The position numbers and the translations under genes were made by a program. A stretch of 64,000 nucleotides of DNA, taken from the sequence record NC_062581.1. One strand, written 5' to 3'. Positions 52,744 to 61,175 of this stretch are shown here, piece after piece (the stretch's first letter is position 1; each line of letters begins with the position of its first letter). Below the pieces are notes generated by a model, which did no database searches, had not been told where the DNA came from, and was given only the letters and a program-made list of their open reading frames with translations.

Positions 52744-54108
52744 ATGACTTTTCAAGATGTGTTGGGCTTTTATCATGAAACGCTTAACTTGTTGTCTCAT
52801 GGGGATTCAACCGTAAAAGGTTTCCTTGTGTTAGGTATCATGGGTGCACTGGGCTGGATTGGTCGTACATGGCCAGCTATGTTCATTGCATTCATTCGAC
52901 GTAACATCATTGCGTCTATGACATTCACTCGTGCTGGGTCCTATTCAATGGACCTACAAAACTACGCAGAATTCATGCGTTGGTTCAGTGAATCTAAATG
53001 GGCAAAGTATGATCGCAATCGTCGAGTAACATTTGACCGCGATAATCCTTATTTTGGACCAGGAGCAGGTTTTCACTGGTTCATCCATAATGGCCGCTAC
53101 TTCTGGTTTCATGTGGTGCGTTTGAATTCCTCGGGTACAGATATCGAGAAAGAAGAATTCACCCTTTATACCTTCGGTCGTGATACTGCTCCGCTGGAAG
53201 CAATTGTAGAAGAGTTCCGTATTAAACCATGCAAAAGTTCTATACGTATCTTTGCACCTAATGATGGTGATTGGAAACGTCAAGGCAAATTGCGTTTGGA
53301 TGCGGATGAAACTCTCATCATTGACCCGGACGTGGAACAAGAGTTCTTTGGTTCACTGGACTGGTACATTAACAATGAGGCATGGTATCGTAAACGTGGT
53401 CGTGCTTACAAACACACGGTCATCCTGCACGGCCCACCTGGTACCGGTAAAACGTCTCTGATCAAGCGTGCAGCGCGTAAGTATAAACGTGACTTGCATT
53501 TCTTGAATTTGTCAACACACGGTCGTTCTCTGGCAGAACTGGTAGCTAAATTGCAACCGGGTGACATTCTCTGCATTGAAGACTTTGATGATGTGCGTTC
53601 TTTGCATCGTCGAGTAGAAACCAAAACGGTTGGTGTAACCGATGGTGATGATAGCAAAAGCCCTGGTGCTTTGCTGATGGATTGTGACATTGCACTGAGC
53701 ACGTTCTTGAACGTATTGCAAGGTGTTGTGGAACTTGATGACATCATCATTATCATGACTACTAACCACCTGGAAAAGATTGACCCAGCTGTTTACCGTC
53801 GTTCTCGCGTAGACAAATTGATCGAAGTCCTGCCTCTTAAAGATGCAGAGATTAAACGCTACATCGATCAGATGTATGATAATCCTACTTACGATCGTAA
53901 TGTAATGTATCCAGATGTACCGGCTTCTACTTTGTCCGGTATATTCCAGGAACACCCAGACGATCATCTGGCTTTTATTAATAAGCTAGATTCCTTGGAT
54001 GATGCGTACATCGCTAACAACTACGCATTACAACCAGAACCTAAACGGCCACCAGTGATTAAAAAGGAACCTGCTCCTGCATTGGAGGCTGTTGCTCTAT
54101 CGGAATAG
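52744..54108 (+). CDS. BCS1-like membrane AAA+ ATPase
   Basis: N-terminal TM helix and BCS1_N-like region; GPPGTGKT, IEDFD, LSTFLNVLQG, TTNHLEKIDPAVYRRSRVD. Confidence 0.82.
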   Translation: MTFQDVLGFYHETLNLLSHGDSTVKGFLVLGIMGALGWIGRTWPAMFIAFIRRNIIASMTFTRAGSYSMDLQNYAEFMRWFSESKWAKYDRNRRVTFDRDNPYFGPGAGFHWFIHNGRYFWFHVVRLNSSGTDIEKEEFTLYTFGRDTAPLEAIVEEFRIKPCKSSIRIFAPNDGDWKRQGKLRLDADETLIIDPDVEQEFFGSLDWYINNEAWYRKRGRAYKHTVILHGPPGTGKTSLIKRAARKYKRDLHFLNLSTHGRSLAELVAKLQPGDILCIEDFDDVRSLHRRVETKTVGVTDGDDSKSPGALLMDCDIALSTFLNVLQGVVELDDIIIIMTTNHLEKIDPAVYRRSRVDKLIEVLPLKDAEIKRYIDQMYDNPTYDRNVMYPDVPASTLSGIFQEHPDDHLAFINKLDSLDDAYIANNYALQPEPKRPPVIKKEPAPALEAVALSE

Positions 54109-54113
54109 AATAC

Positions 54114-54455
54114 ATGGAACAGCTCAAACAAAAAGAATTCGACGTCTACCCAGATGAGATGACCTATCACAAAGATCGATTCCTGCACCCTAGCCGGAAA
54201 TGTGAACTGGTCCGTTTTGTTGGTGCATTCCATTCGGATCATGTGCTTACAACCGAAGTCGAAGTTATTTGTCGTGGGAATGAACCGGGCAAGGTAGCAC
54301 GGTTCTTGGTTCGTTACGGTGATCAAGAAGCTGATTTGATCATGGATTTGGAAACTTGCCGTTACTCTGCATCTGTTAACATCAAAACTAAACTAGTCGA
54401 TGTGATCCTTGTATTCCGCGCAGAATATCGGGAGGCACCAAAGGAAGCAGTATGA
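54114..54455 (+). CDS. hypothetical protein
   Basis: 113 aa. Confidence 0.6.
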   Translation: MEQLKQKEFDVYPDEMTYHKDRFLHPSRKCELVRFVGAFHSDHVLTTEVEVICRGNEPGKVARFLVRYGDQEADLIMDLETCRYSASVNIKTKLVDVILVFRAEYREAPKEAV

Positions 54456-55396
54456 TTAAAATCGAAGCTACAATACCAACAGGTTATGGCAGTACATCAA
54501 CTCGTTCGGAAGTAAAGATGGGTAAGATGCCTGGTGGTGAACTTCACCCCACAATCCCACCACACCTTGCCTGCTATCCCGATTACAAACTAATCGCAGA
54601 TACACGTAGTGCTGAAGACATCATGGCGATCTTGTTGACTGTTGATGCCCTGCGGCGACAATGTGCTACCAAGAATCCCAGAGTCTCGTTGGAAATTGGT
54701 TACGTTCCTTACGCCCGGCAGGATCGGGTTTGTAATCCAGGGGAATCATTGAGCATTGCTGTTTTTGCTGGATTGATTAACTCGTTGAATCTTGACGAAG
54801 TAATCATTGTTGATCCACACAGTGATGTTACACCTGCATTGATTAACAACGTTACAATTGTTACTCAGACCGATGTGTTGAAACAAACACTGATCCGTGA
54901 GCATTGTGCTATTTATTATCGGGATGTAGCCATTGATCCAAAAGAATGGATTCTGGTTGCTCCTGATGCGGGTGCGGTTAAAAAGACCGAAGCTCTGGTA
55001 AAAGAGTTTGGTTTTAAAGGGATTGTTTATGCAAGTAAATTGCGTGAACTTTCTACGGGCAAAATTGTTAAGACCTCGTTGGACCGTGTTGTCTACGATG
55101 GCACCACTCAACCACATGAATCATTGGCTGACCAGAAAGTGTTGATTGTTGATGACATTTGTGATGGTGGTCGTACATTCCTGGAATTGGCTAAAGTCAT
55201 CCAGCCTTACGAACCCAAGCAACTGGATCTCTTTGTCACCCACGGGATTTTCTCTCAGGGTCAAAAAGAACTTTGTAAACATTTCAACCGCGTAATGTCG
55301 TCAAACACATATCGCATGGACGCCATCACTGATTTTGATAATCTTGAAATCAATGATCTCCTGGCACTTACCGAAATTCGTTTTCCCTACCTGTAA
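54452..55396 (+). CDS. prs: ribose-phosphate pyrophosphokinase homologue (NARP1 Adps-like)
   Basis: MPGGE, GYVPYARQDR, DPHS, VAPDAGA, IVDDICDGGRTF. Confidence 0.9.
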   Translation: MIKIEATIPTGYGSTSTRSEVKMGKMPGGELHPTIPPHLACYPDYKLIADTRSAEDIMAILLTVDALRRQCATKNPRVSLEIGYVPYARQDRVCNPGESLSIAVFAGLINSLNLDEVIIVDPHSDVTPALINNVTIVTQTDVLKQTLIREHCAIYYRDVAIDPKEWILVAPDAGAVKKTEALVKEFGFKGIVYASKLRELSTGKIVKTSLDRVVYDGTTQPHESLADQKVLIVDDICDGGRTFLELAKVIQPYEPKQLDLFVTHGIFSQGQKELCKHFNRVMSSNTYRMDAITDFDNLEINDLLALTEIRFPYL

Positions 55397-55408
55397 ATAG
55401 GAGCTTCA

Positions 55409-57238
55409 ATGAACGCACTCAATGCAGCAACAGCAACCGATTTTTACAAACCTGGTCACGGTCCATTGTACCCAGCGGGTACTACCCGTAAGTACTCGAA
55501 CTTCACCCCACGTTCGGCAAAGAACTTTATTCGTTCTAAAAGCTGCTCATCGTTCTACGACAACAAAGTCGTAAACTTTGGTCTGTACGGCAGCTGGCAA
55601 GAACTGGTTGCTTTGTGGGATCGCACGTTCTTCCAGGTTTCCAAAGAGAAAGCCGTCAAAGCCATCAAGCGTCGTTTTGATAATGCTTGCGGCCCAGACG
55701 TTATCTCGGTTGCCCAAATTGCTGCGCTGCATGATGTAGGCTTCCTGCCTGTCACCGTGCTGTCCATCGAAGAAGGTAATCGTGTTAATGTTGGTATCCC
55801 ACTGTGGGTTATCTATAACTCGGAAGAATACCCAGAGCACTACTGGCTGGTTAACTACCTGGAAACCGTAACCAGTTCTTACAACTGGCAATCCATCACC
55901 AATGCCACCATTGCTTACGAATATCGTCGAGTAATGGAACACTGGGCTGAAAAGACTTGCGATAACAATCTGCACGTCAAGATCCAGGGTCATGATTTCT
56001 CGTTCCGTGGGATGCCTGGTCCAGAAGCTGCCGCTCGTTCAAACTCTGGTCACTTGGTTTCGTTCATTGGTACTGACACTATCCCAGCAATCGACTACGT
56101 GGAAGAATATTACCACGCTGATAGCGATAAAGAAATTCTGGGTGTATCGGTTACTGCAACAGAGCACGCCGTGGCAACCGCCAACATCCTGACCATGTTC
56201 AAGCACCGCTTCGATGCTGTATGGGATGCTAACCACGGGGACATGGACATTGTTGGTCCATTGCTGGATAAACTCAAGCTTGAGTGTGAGCGTGATTACA
56301 TCCGTCAAATCATCACCGAAAAAGTAAACAAGGGCATTATCTCCCTGGTTTGCGATTCGTTCGATTTCTGGGGCGTCATTGCAGAAGTACTTCCATCACT
56401 GCGTACTGAAATTGAAGCTCGGATCAAGAATGAAATTGGTCTGGCTAAAGTTGTAGTGCGTCCTGATTCCGGTGATCCTGTTAAAGTCATCACTGGTTTT
56501 AAACTGGTTGAGTACAACACTGCAAAAGAATTCGATGATGCATTGTATAACCTCGGTTGGGAAGCAGTCAACGGCGAAGCTGTCCGGGTAGGTGACAAGT
56601 ATTACGAACTGCGTAACCACGATGCTCCAAATGCATTCCAGGCTCAGTCAACTTACGAAGACTTCCTGGGTCGTGAAATGTCTCGCGCAGAAGCTATCGG
56701 TGCCATTGATAGCCTCTACGAATCGTTTGGTGGACATGTAAACGGAAAGGGCTACAAAGTCCTGAATGAATACATTGGCTTGATCTACGGTGATTCTATT
56801 ACTGTAGAACGTGCTGAACAAATCTTTGAGCGCCTGGAAGAAAAAGGTTACGCTTCTTCTAACGTTGTTCTGGGTATTGGTTCGTTCACTTATCAATTCA
56901 ACACTCGTGATACTTTTGGCATGGCTATGAAAGCCACCGCGTGTGAAGTTAACGCCGAACTGATTGAACTGTACAAAGATCCAAAAACTGCTGCTTCCAA
57001 GAAATCTGCTAAAGGTTTCCTGCGCGTAGTGCGTGATGCTGCTGGTAACTATACACTGGAACAAGAAGTAGAAATGGACTGGAAAGATCTGTTCTACGGT
57101 TCGGGTGAATTGAAACCACTGTGGCACAACGGTAAGTTCCAGCGCGCTGAGTTCTTCCGTGATGCCCGTGATCGTTTGGACCGTACATTTCTGCCTGCAG
57201 ATACTGCTGCGGTAAATGATGGTTTTGAAGTAGCCTAA
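55409..57238 (+). CDS. nadV: nicotinamide phosphoribosyltransferase homologue (NARP1 Namat-like)
   Basis: TDFYKPGH, HDFSFRG, ATEH, SLVCDSFD, VRPDSGDP, IYGDSI, GIGS, RDTFGMAMKAT, KKSAKG. Confidence 0.92.
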   Translation: MNALNAATATDFYKPGHGPLYPAGTTRKYSNFTPRSAKNFIRSKSCSSFYDNKVVNFGLYGSWQELVALWDRTFFQVSKEKAVKAIKRRFDNACGPDVISVAQIAALHDVGFLPVTVLSIEEGNRVNVGIPLWVIYNSEEYPEHYWLVNYLETVTSSYNWQSITNATIAYEYRRVMEHWAEKTCDNNLHVKIQGHDFSFRGMPGPEAAARSNSGHLVSFIGTDTIPAIDYVEEYYHADSDKEILGVSVTATEHAVATANILTMFKHRFDAVWDANHGDMDIVGPLLDKLKLECERDYIRQIITEKVNKGIISLVCDSFDFWGVIAEVLPSLRTEIEARIKNEIGLAKVVVRPDSGDPVKVITGFKLVEYNTAKEFDDALYNLGWEAVNGEAVRVGDKYYELRNHDAPNAFQAQSTYEDFLGREMSRAEAIGAIDSLYESFGGHVNGKGYKVLNEYIGLIYGDSITVERAEQIFERLEEKGYASSNVVLGIGSFTYQFNTRDTFGMAMKATACEVNAELIELYKDPKTAASKKSAKGFLRVVRDAAGNYTLEQEVEMDWKDLFYGSGELKPLWHNGKFQRAEFFRDARDRLDRTFLPADTAAVNDGFEVA

Positions 57239-57244
57239 TTGGTT

Positions 57245-57280
57245 GGGTCCCTTCGGGGACCCTTCCTATTTTCTTTTTTG
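57245..57280 (+). terminator. UUCG terminator
   Basis: GGGTCCC-TTCG-GGGACCC then a T-rich tail. Confidence 0.75.
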
Positions 57281-57296
57281 TTGTGAGGTATAGTAA

Positions 57297-57881
57297 ATGA
57301 GTTGCTGCAATGATTGTAAAAAAGATGAAGGTGAACGAGTGGAGTTTGACGTAGGTATTAACTTCAATACCAATAACTCGTATCATCCAGATTTGATTGG
57401 AAAAAAGATCAACTTCGTCAGCGGCTTTCTAGTAACAGCTGAAGGGGCAATGCCTAAGGGTGGGTTTCAAATACAGTTCCACAGTTATGGTGCCCGTAAA
57501 CACATCAACATTTATCGGAACCGCTTACCGTTTGATGAACTGATGGCTACTATTCAGTTTAATGAAACCACAGGTCATTTTGTGGTACAGCAATTGACTC
57601 GGATAGAGTTTGAAAAAGTTCAATTGATTTTTACCAAAGAGCATGTTGAAGAAGTACAGTATCAAGAACTGGCTCTAGGTGTATACCGTGTACCTAACTT
57701 GGATGCAGGTATTCAACTTAGTGGACACTTGGATATCGATGATTACACTTTAACACAACTTCAAATTGGTCTGCGTAGAATTAATAGCTGGCCAGCGCTG
57801 GTATTGCACCATAGTCAAGAACTCTGTGTATTGTTTACTCCCGAACACCCTACTTGGAAAAATGACGCGTTGTGGCAATAG
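57297..57881 (+). CDS. hypothetical protein (small paralogue family, extended)
   Basis: FHSYGARKHINIY...LMATIQFNETTGHFVV matches 49443-49859. Confidence 0.65.
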   Translation: MSCCNDCKKDEGERVEFDVGINFNTNNSYHPDLIGKKINFVSGFLVTAEGAMPKGGFQIQFHSYGARKHINIYRNRLPFDELMATIQFNETTGHFVVQQLTRIEFEKVQLIFTKEHVEEVQYQELALGVYRVPNLDAGIQLSGHLDIDDYTLTQLQIGLRRINSWPALVLHHSQELCVLFTPEHPTWKNDALWQ

Positions 57882-57904
57882 TGTGTAATTAACGGGAGCA
57901 TTCA

Positions 57905-59326
57905 ATGAAACAATATTTGGCAATGCAAAGGGACATTTTGACCCTGGGTACAGAAAAACAAGATCGCACTAAAACAGGTACGATCTCTTATCCGGGGATG
58001 ATGGCACGTTACGACATTAGTGATAATCGTCTAGCTGTAACATCAACCAAAAAACTTCATCTGAAAACAGGACAAGTTGAAGAAGACTGGATGTTCTCAG
58101 GTGATACACGACTAAAGTTTCTGAAAGATAACAACTGTAACATTTGGGATGAATGGGTATTACCTGGTACGGGTACCTATCGTCTACGTACATTAAAAGA
58201 AATGCGTCGTGTATATGTGCGTAACCATTTTGGCTGGGATGAACCAGGCTTCTTTAATGCACCTTTATCAGAAGAACAAAAGGGCTACTGCAATCTAGTT
58301 CATACCGAAATTGATTTTGACATTTACGAAGTGGTACCCACCACATTGTCTAAACCTCGGCACATGGTACTAGATAAATCAGATCCAAATAAAAATTGGC
58401 TTAACTGGATTAATCCTGACGATCCAATGTGGGTTAAGTTCTACACTGGTTTGAATATCTCCGATCAAGAAGTTGTTGATGGTGAATTGGGTAAAGTGTA
58501 CGGTGCTATGTTTCGTAGCATTGAAGATACACGCATTGTAAAAGATGCGTCAGCCAAAGAAACATTGGCCATGAAAAAACGTGGGTTTACCTTTGAAGGT
58601 GAACTGGCAGGCAAGCGTTCTGTGTTTACTCGGAACATTGACCAGCTGGCAAATCTACTGCATGATCTTGAACATAACCCAGATTCACGTCGTTTGATTC
58701 TTTGCCCATGGAATCCAGCGTATGTGGATGAGCAAGCCTTACCACCTTGCCATTCATTTATTCAATTCTGGACACGTGAAATTCCTGCGGAAGAACGTTA
58801 CAACATTTACGTGAAACGTTTTGAGCGGGAAAAAGCTGAACTGTTTGACGATATTGCTCGCCGGGGGCGGGCAGATATCTACACAGTCCATGTACCGTAT
58901 CCACTAAGTTCTTTCATGCATGTTGAAAACGATGCATTGGTTCGTGATGAATATAAACTACATGCCTATTTGGATGAGCTTAATGTTCCTCGTCGTGGTT
59001 TGACCTGTATCTTCTACATGCGCTCCAACGATAACTTTTTGGGTGCTCCGTATAACCTGACGTTTTATTCGTCGTTGACGCACAAACTTGCTCACCAGTT
59101 TAATATGTATGGTGAAGAGCTAGTGCACATGGTCGGTGATGCACACATTTACCTGAACCATTTGGATCAAGTAAAAGAACAGCAACTGCGTACTCCGGAT
59201 GAAGATATGCCACGACTAAAGATCAAATGTCCTGTAGGTACTTCCATTCTGGATATGACCTTTAATGATCTTGAAGTTGTTGGCTACAATCCACAACCGG
59301 CTATTCCTGCGCCCGTAGCAGTTTAA
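57905..59326 (+). CDS. thyA: thymidylate synthase with two large insertions
   Basis: DRTKTGT, WDEW, LGKVYG, PDSRRLI, LPPCH, MRSND..LGAPYN, DAHIYLNH. Confidence 0.93.
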   Translation: MKQYLAMQRDILTLGTEKQDRTKTGTISYPGMMARYDISDNRLAVTSTKKLHLKTGQVEEDWMFSGDTRLKFLKDNNCNIWDEWVLPGTGTYRLRTLKEMRRVYVRNHFGWDEPGFFNAPLSEEQKGYCNLVHTEIDFDIYEVVPTTLSKPRHMVLDKSDPNKNWLNWINPDDPMWVKFYTGLNISDQEVVDGELGKVYGAMFRSIEDTRIVKDASAKETLAMKKRGFTFEGELAGKRSVFTRNIDQLANLLHDLEHNPDSRRLILCPWNPAYVDEQALPPCHSFIQFWTREIPAEERYNIYVKRFEREKAELFDDIARRGRADIYTVHVPYPLSSFMHVENDALVRDEYKLHAYLDELNVPRRGLTCIFYMRSNDNFLGAPYNLTFYSSLTHKLAHQFNMYGEELVHMVGDAHIYLNHLDQVKEQQLRTPDEDMPRLKIKCPVGTSILDMTFNDLEVVGYNPQPAIPAPVAV

Positions 59327-59334
59327 CGTCATAA

Positions 59335-59360
59335 AGCCTCCCTGCTAGGGAGGCTTTTAT
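59335..59360 (+). terminator. intrinsic terminator
   Basis: AGCCTCCC-TGCTA-GGGAGGCT-TTTAT. Confidence 0.7.
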
Positions 59361-59371
59361 ATTGGAAGATT

Positions 59372-59575
59372 ATGATCACATTAGTTGTTGGATGCATTTT
59401 ACTAGCAATGGGTATCATTGGTGGTGGATTCCTATTATGGGCGTGCATTACCAATTACATCGAGAAAGATGATCAGCTCAATTATTGTTTCGGTGCACTG
59501 ATTAGTTACCTAGTGCTACTTATGGTAATGGTTGCTATTGCCATGGCTGAAAAACAATACCTGATGAACAACTGA
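59372..59575 (+). CDS. small two-TM membrane protein
   Basis: Two hydrophobic helices in 67 aa. Confidence 0.6.
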   Translation: MITLVVGCILLAMGIIGGGFLLWACITNYIEKDDQLNYCFGALISYLVLLMVMVAIAMAEKQYLMNN

Positions 59576-59582
59576 GGTTAAC

Positions 59583-59888
59583 ATGCAAAGTAATCTAATT
59601 GTAGCAACTGTCTACCCAATCACTGGTTGTGATAGTGTTGGGTATGTTCGTGAAATCAAACAAGACGAAAATGGTAAGTATTCTTTTGTCCGTACAAACT
59701 CCGTTGAACGTGCACAGTTGTTCGGCGCGGAAGTTAATGCGGTAATTGATTGGATGCGTAAGGAATGCCATTACGATGGCCTGGACACAATCTATTCATT
59801 TAGCCCATTTCCAGTTAACAACCTAACCCGTATGGTGGAAGTTAGTACTCTTTCAGAACAAGCCGAGGCAAATGATGTTCAGGCGTGA
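59583..59888 (+). CDS. hypothetical protein
   Basis: 101 aa, GAGG SD. Confidence 0.65.
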   Translation: MQSNLIVATVYPITGCDSVGYVREIKQDENGKYSFVRTNSVERAQLFGAEVNAVIDWMRKECHYDGLDTIYSFSPFPVNNLTRMVEVSTLSEQAEANDVQA

Positions 59889-60399
59889 ATTAACCATTAG
59901 TGAACGTTGCAGTTTGATTAACCTGCGCAACGATACACGCATGACCGGGCGGCGTTCCAACGAAGAATTTATCACTCCGGAATCACTGTGTAAGTTTCAT
60001 GATCGCACTGTGGCTGAAATGACTACTTTGTTGGATACCAAGAAAGCCCCTACGCATACGACTAATCCATACCCATTGGTTGAAGTAGTTGAGTGGCTGG
60101 CTAACCAAAACAAATCGTTAGATGCTGCCATTGTTACTGACGATTTGAATTTTAGTTCTACTACACATGGGTATCTGGAATTTTTTCTAGACAAAGCTTT
60201 GCAGGGGGAAATACAACGAGTTAAAAATACCACCATTCGTTTAGATTTTCCAAAACAAGATGCCCCGACTACGACCATGCATCTTTATGAAAACGATATG
60301 TTGATCCGTCGTCCAAAAGACGCTACGACGTATGTATACTTCTGTGCCATACAACCAGTAATTGACAAAGAGACTGTACACGATGCAGATTCAGATTGA
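59872..60399 (+). CDS. hypothetical protein
   Basis: 175 aa. Confidence 0.65.
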   Translation: MMFRRELTISERCSLINLRNDTRMTGRRSNEEFITPESLCKFHDRTVAEMTTLLDTKKAPTHTTNPYPLVEVVEWLANQNKSLDAAIVTDDLNFSSTTHGYLEFFLDKALQGEIQRVKNTTIRLDFPKQDAPTTTMHLYENDMLIRRPKDATTYVYFCAIQPVIDKETVHDADSD

Positions 60400-60817
60400 T
60401 TTAGCTACTAAACGTCCAGGTTATAAAGAAGCATTGGACGCGTTCATAGAACGAAATAAAGTTCATGGTACTTTGGTAGAGTGGGGCAATCCACCTATGG
60501 GTGCCTACAACACACCTGACCGTAAACTGTGGCGCATGAGTCAAGTAAACCCCGGACAAGTCTGTGCTGAACTTGTAGAGCCTGAGTTTGATGCATCTAC
60601 CGGTATATTTACCTTTCAAGTAGCACCTTACGGTCCGCGTCGGGATATGTTTGAAAAGTATGTTAAGGAACAAAAAGATTTGGCCCTTAATAGTCGTATG
60701 ACTGTAGATGGAATGAACGAAGTTGTAGAGCTTCTACAATACAGTCTTGTTCCTATTGCTGAACAAGATGACATGGTCCTACAATCCACACGTAAAGTTA
60801 AAAAGAGTAGCAAATGA
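60383..60817 (+). CDS. prohead-protease-like protein, predicted inactive
   Basis: TLVEWGNP / RMSQVNPGQVCAEL / VAPYGP / LNSR align with LYMEFKHP / RIRKIDDDRVCAHI / VKPYGP / CSVR of 1387-2217. Confidence 0.6.
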   Translation: MQIQIDLATKRPGYKEALDAFIERNKVHGTLVEWGNPPMGAYNTPDRKLWRMSQVNPGQVCAELVEPEFDASTGIFTFQVAPYGPRRDMFEKYVKEQKDLALNSRMTVDGMNEVVELLQYSLVPIAEQDDMVLQSTRKVKKSSK

Positions 60818-61107
60818 AAAAGAAAGATTGGATTGCTGAACTGGGTAAAAACGTAATCATTGGGGCCTGTTTTGTTTGGTGGTTTATTATTCGTTGGTTT
60901 GAACCACGTGAAAACTACAAAACTTTTGCGTTGTATCTGACTGCACGCCCTAACATGGGTTATGCTACACGGAAACTGTTAGAACAATTTAAAGCAACAT
61001 TAAAACCTGATGATGTAGTACGTGTTATTCAATCGCCAGGTTGGTATCCAGATAGTACCACATGGACTTTTTCTTATAAAGACGTAACTTGGAAAATAAC
61101 AGAGTAA
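60814..61107 (+). CDS. small membrane-anchored protein
   Basis: VIIGACFVWWFIIRWF hydrophobic segment. Confidence 0.6.
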   Translation: MKKKDWIAELGKNVIIGACFVWWFIIRWFEPRENYKTFALYLTARPNMGYATRKLLEQFKATLKPDDVVRVIQSPGWYPDSTTWTFSYKDVTWKITE

Positions 61108-61175
61108 GATAATACTCGTATGGTTTATTGATTGCGGTGAGATTGCCGCTTTCAATATCCTACGAGGTCGTTACA

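Noticed and set aside
54452-57238. NARP2 / classical NAD salvage
   Set aside because: No NMN adenylyltransferase in the window and the partner is Prs-like; cannot be excluded without the rest of the genome
57905-59326. dCMP/dUMP hydroxymethylase (modified-base pathway), suggested by MRSND
   Set aside because: Keeps canonical ThyA LPPCH, PYN (Asn, dUMP-specific) and DAHIY motifs; no modification genes nearby
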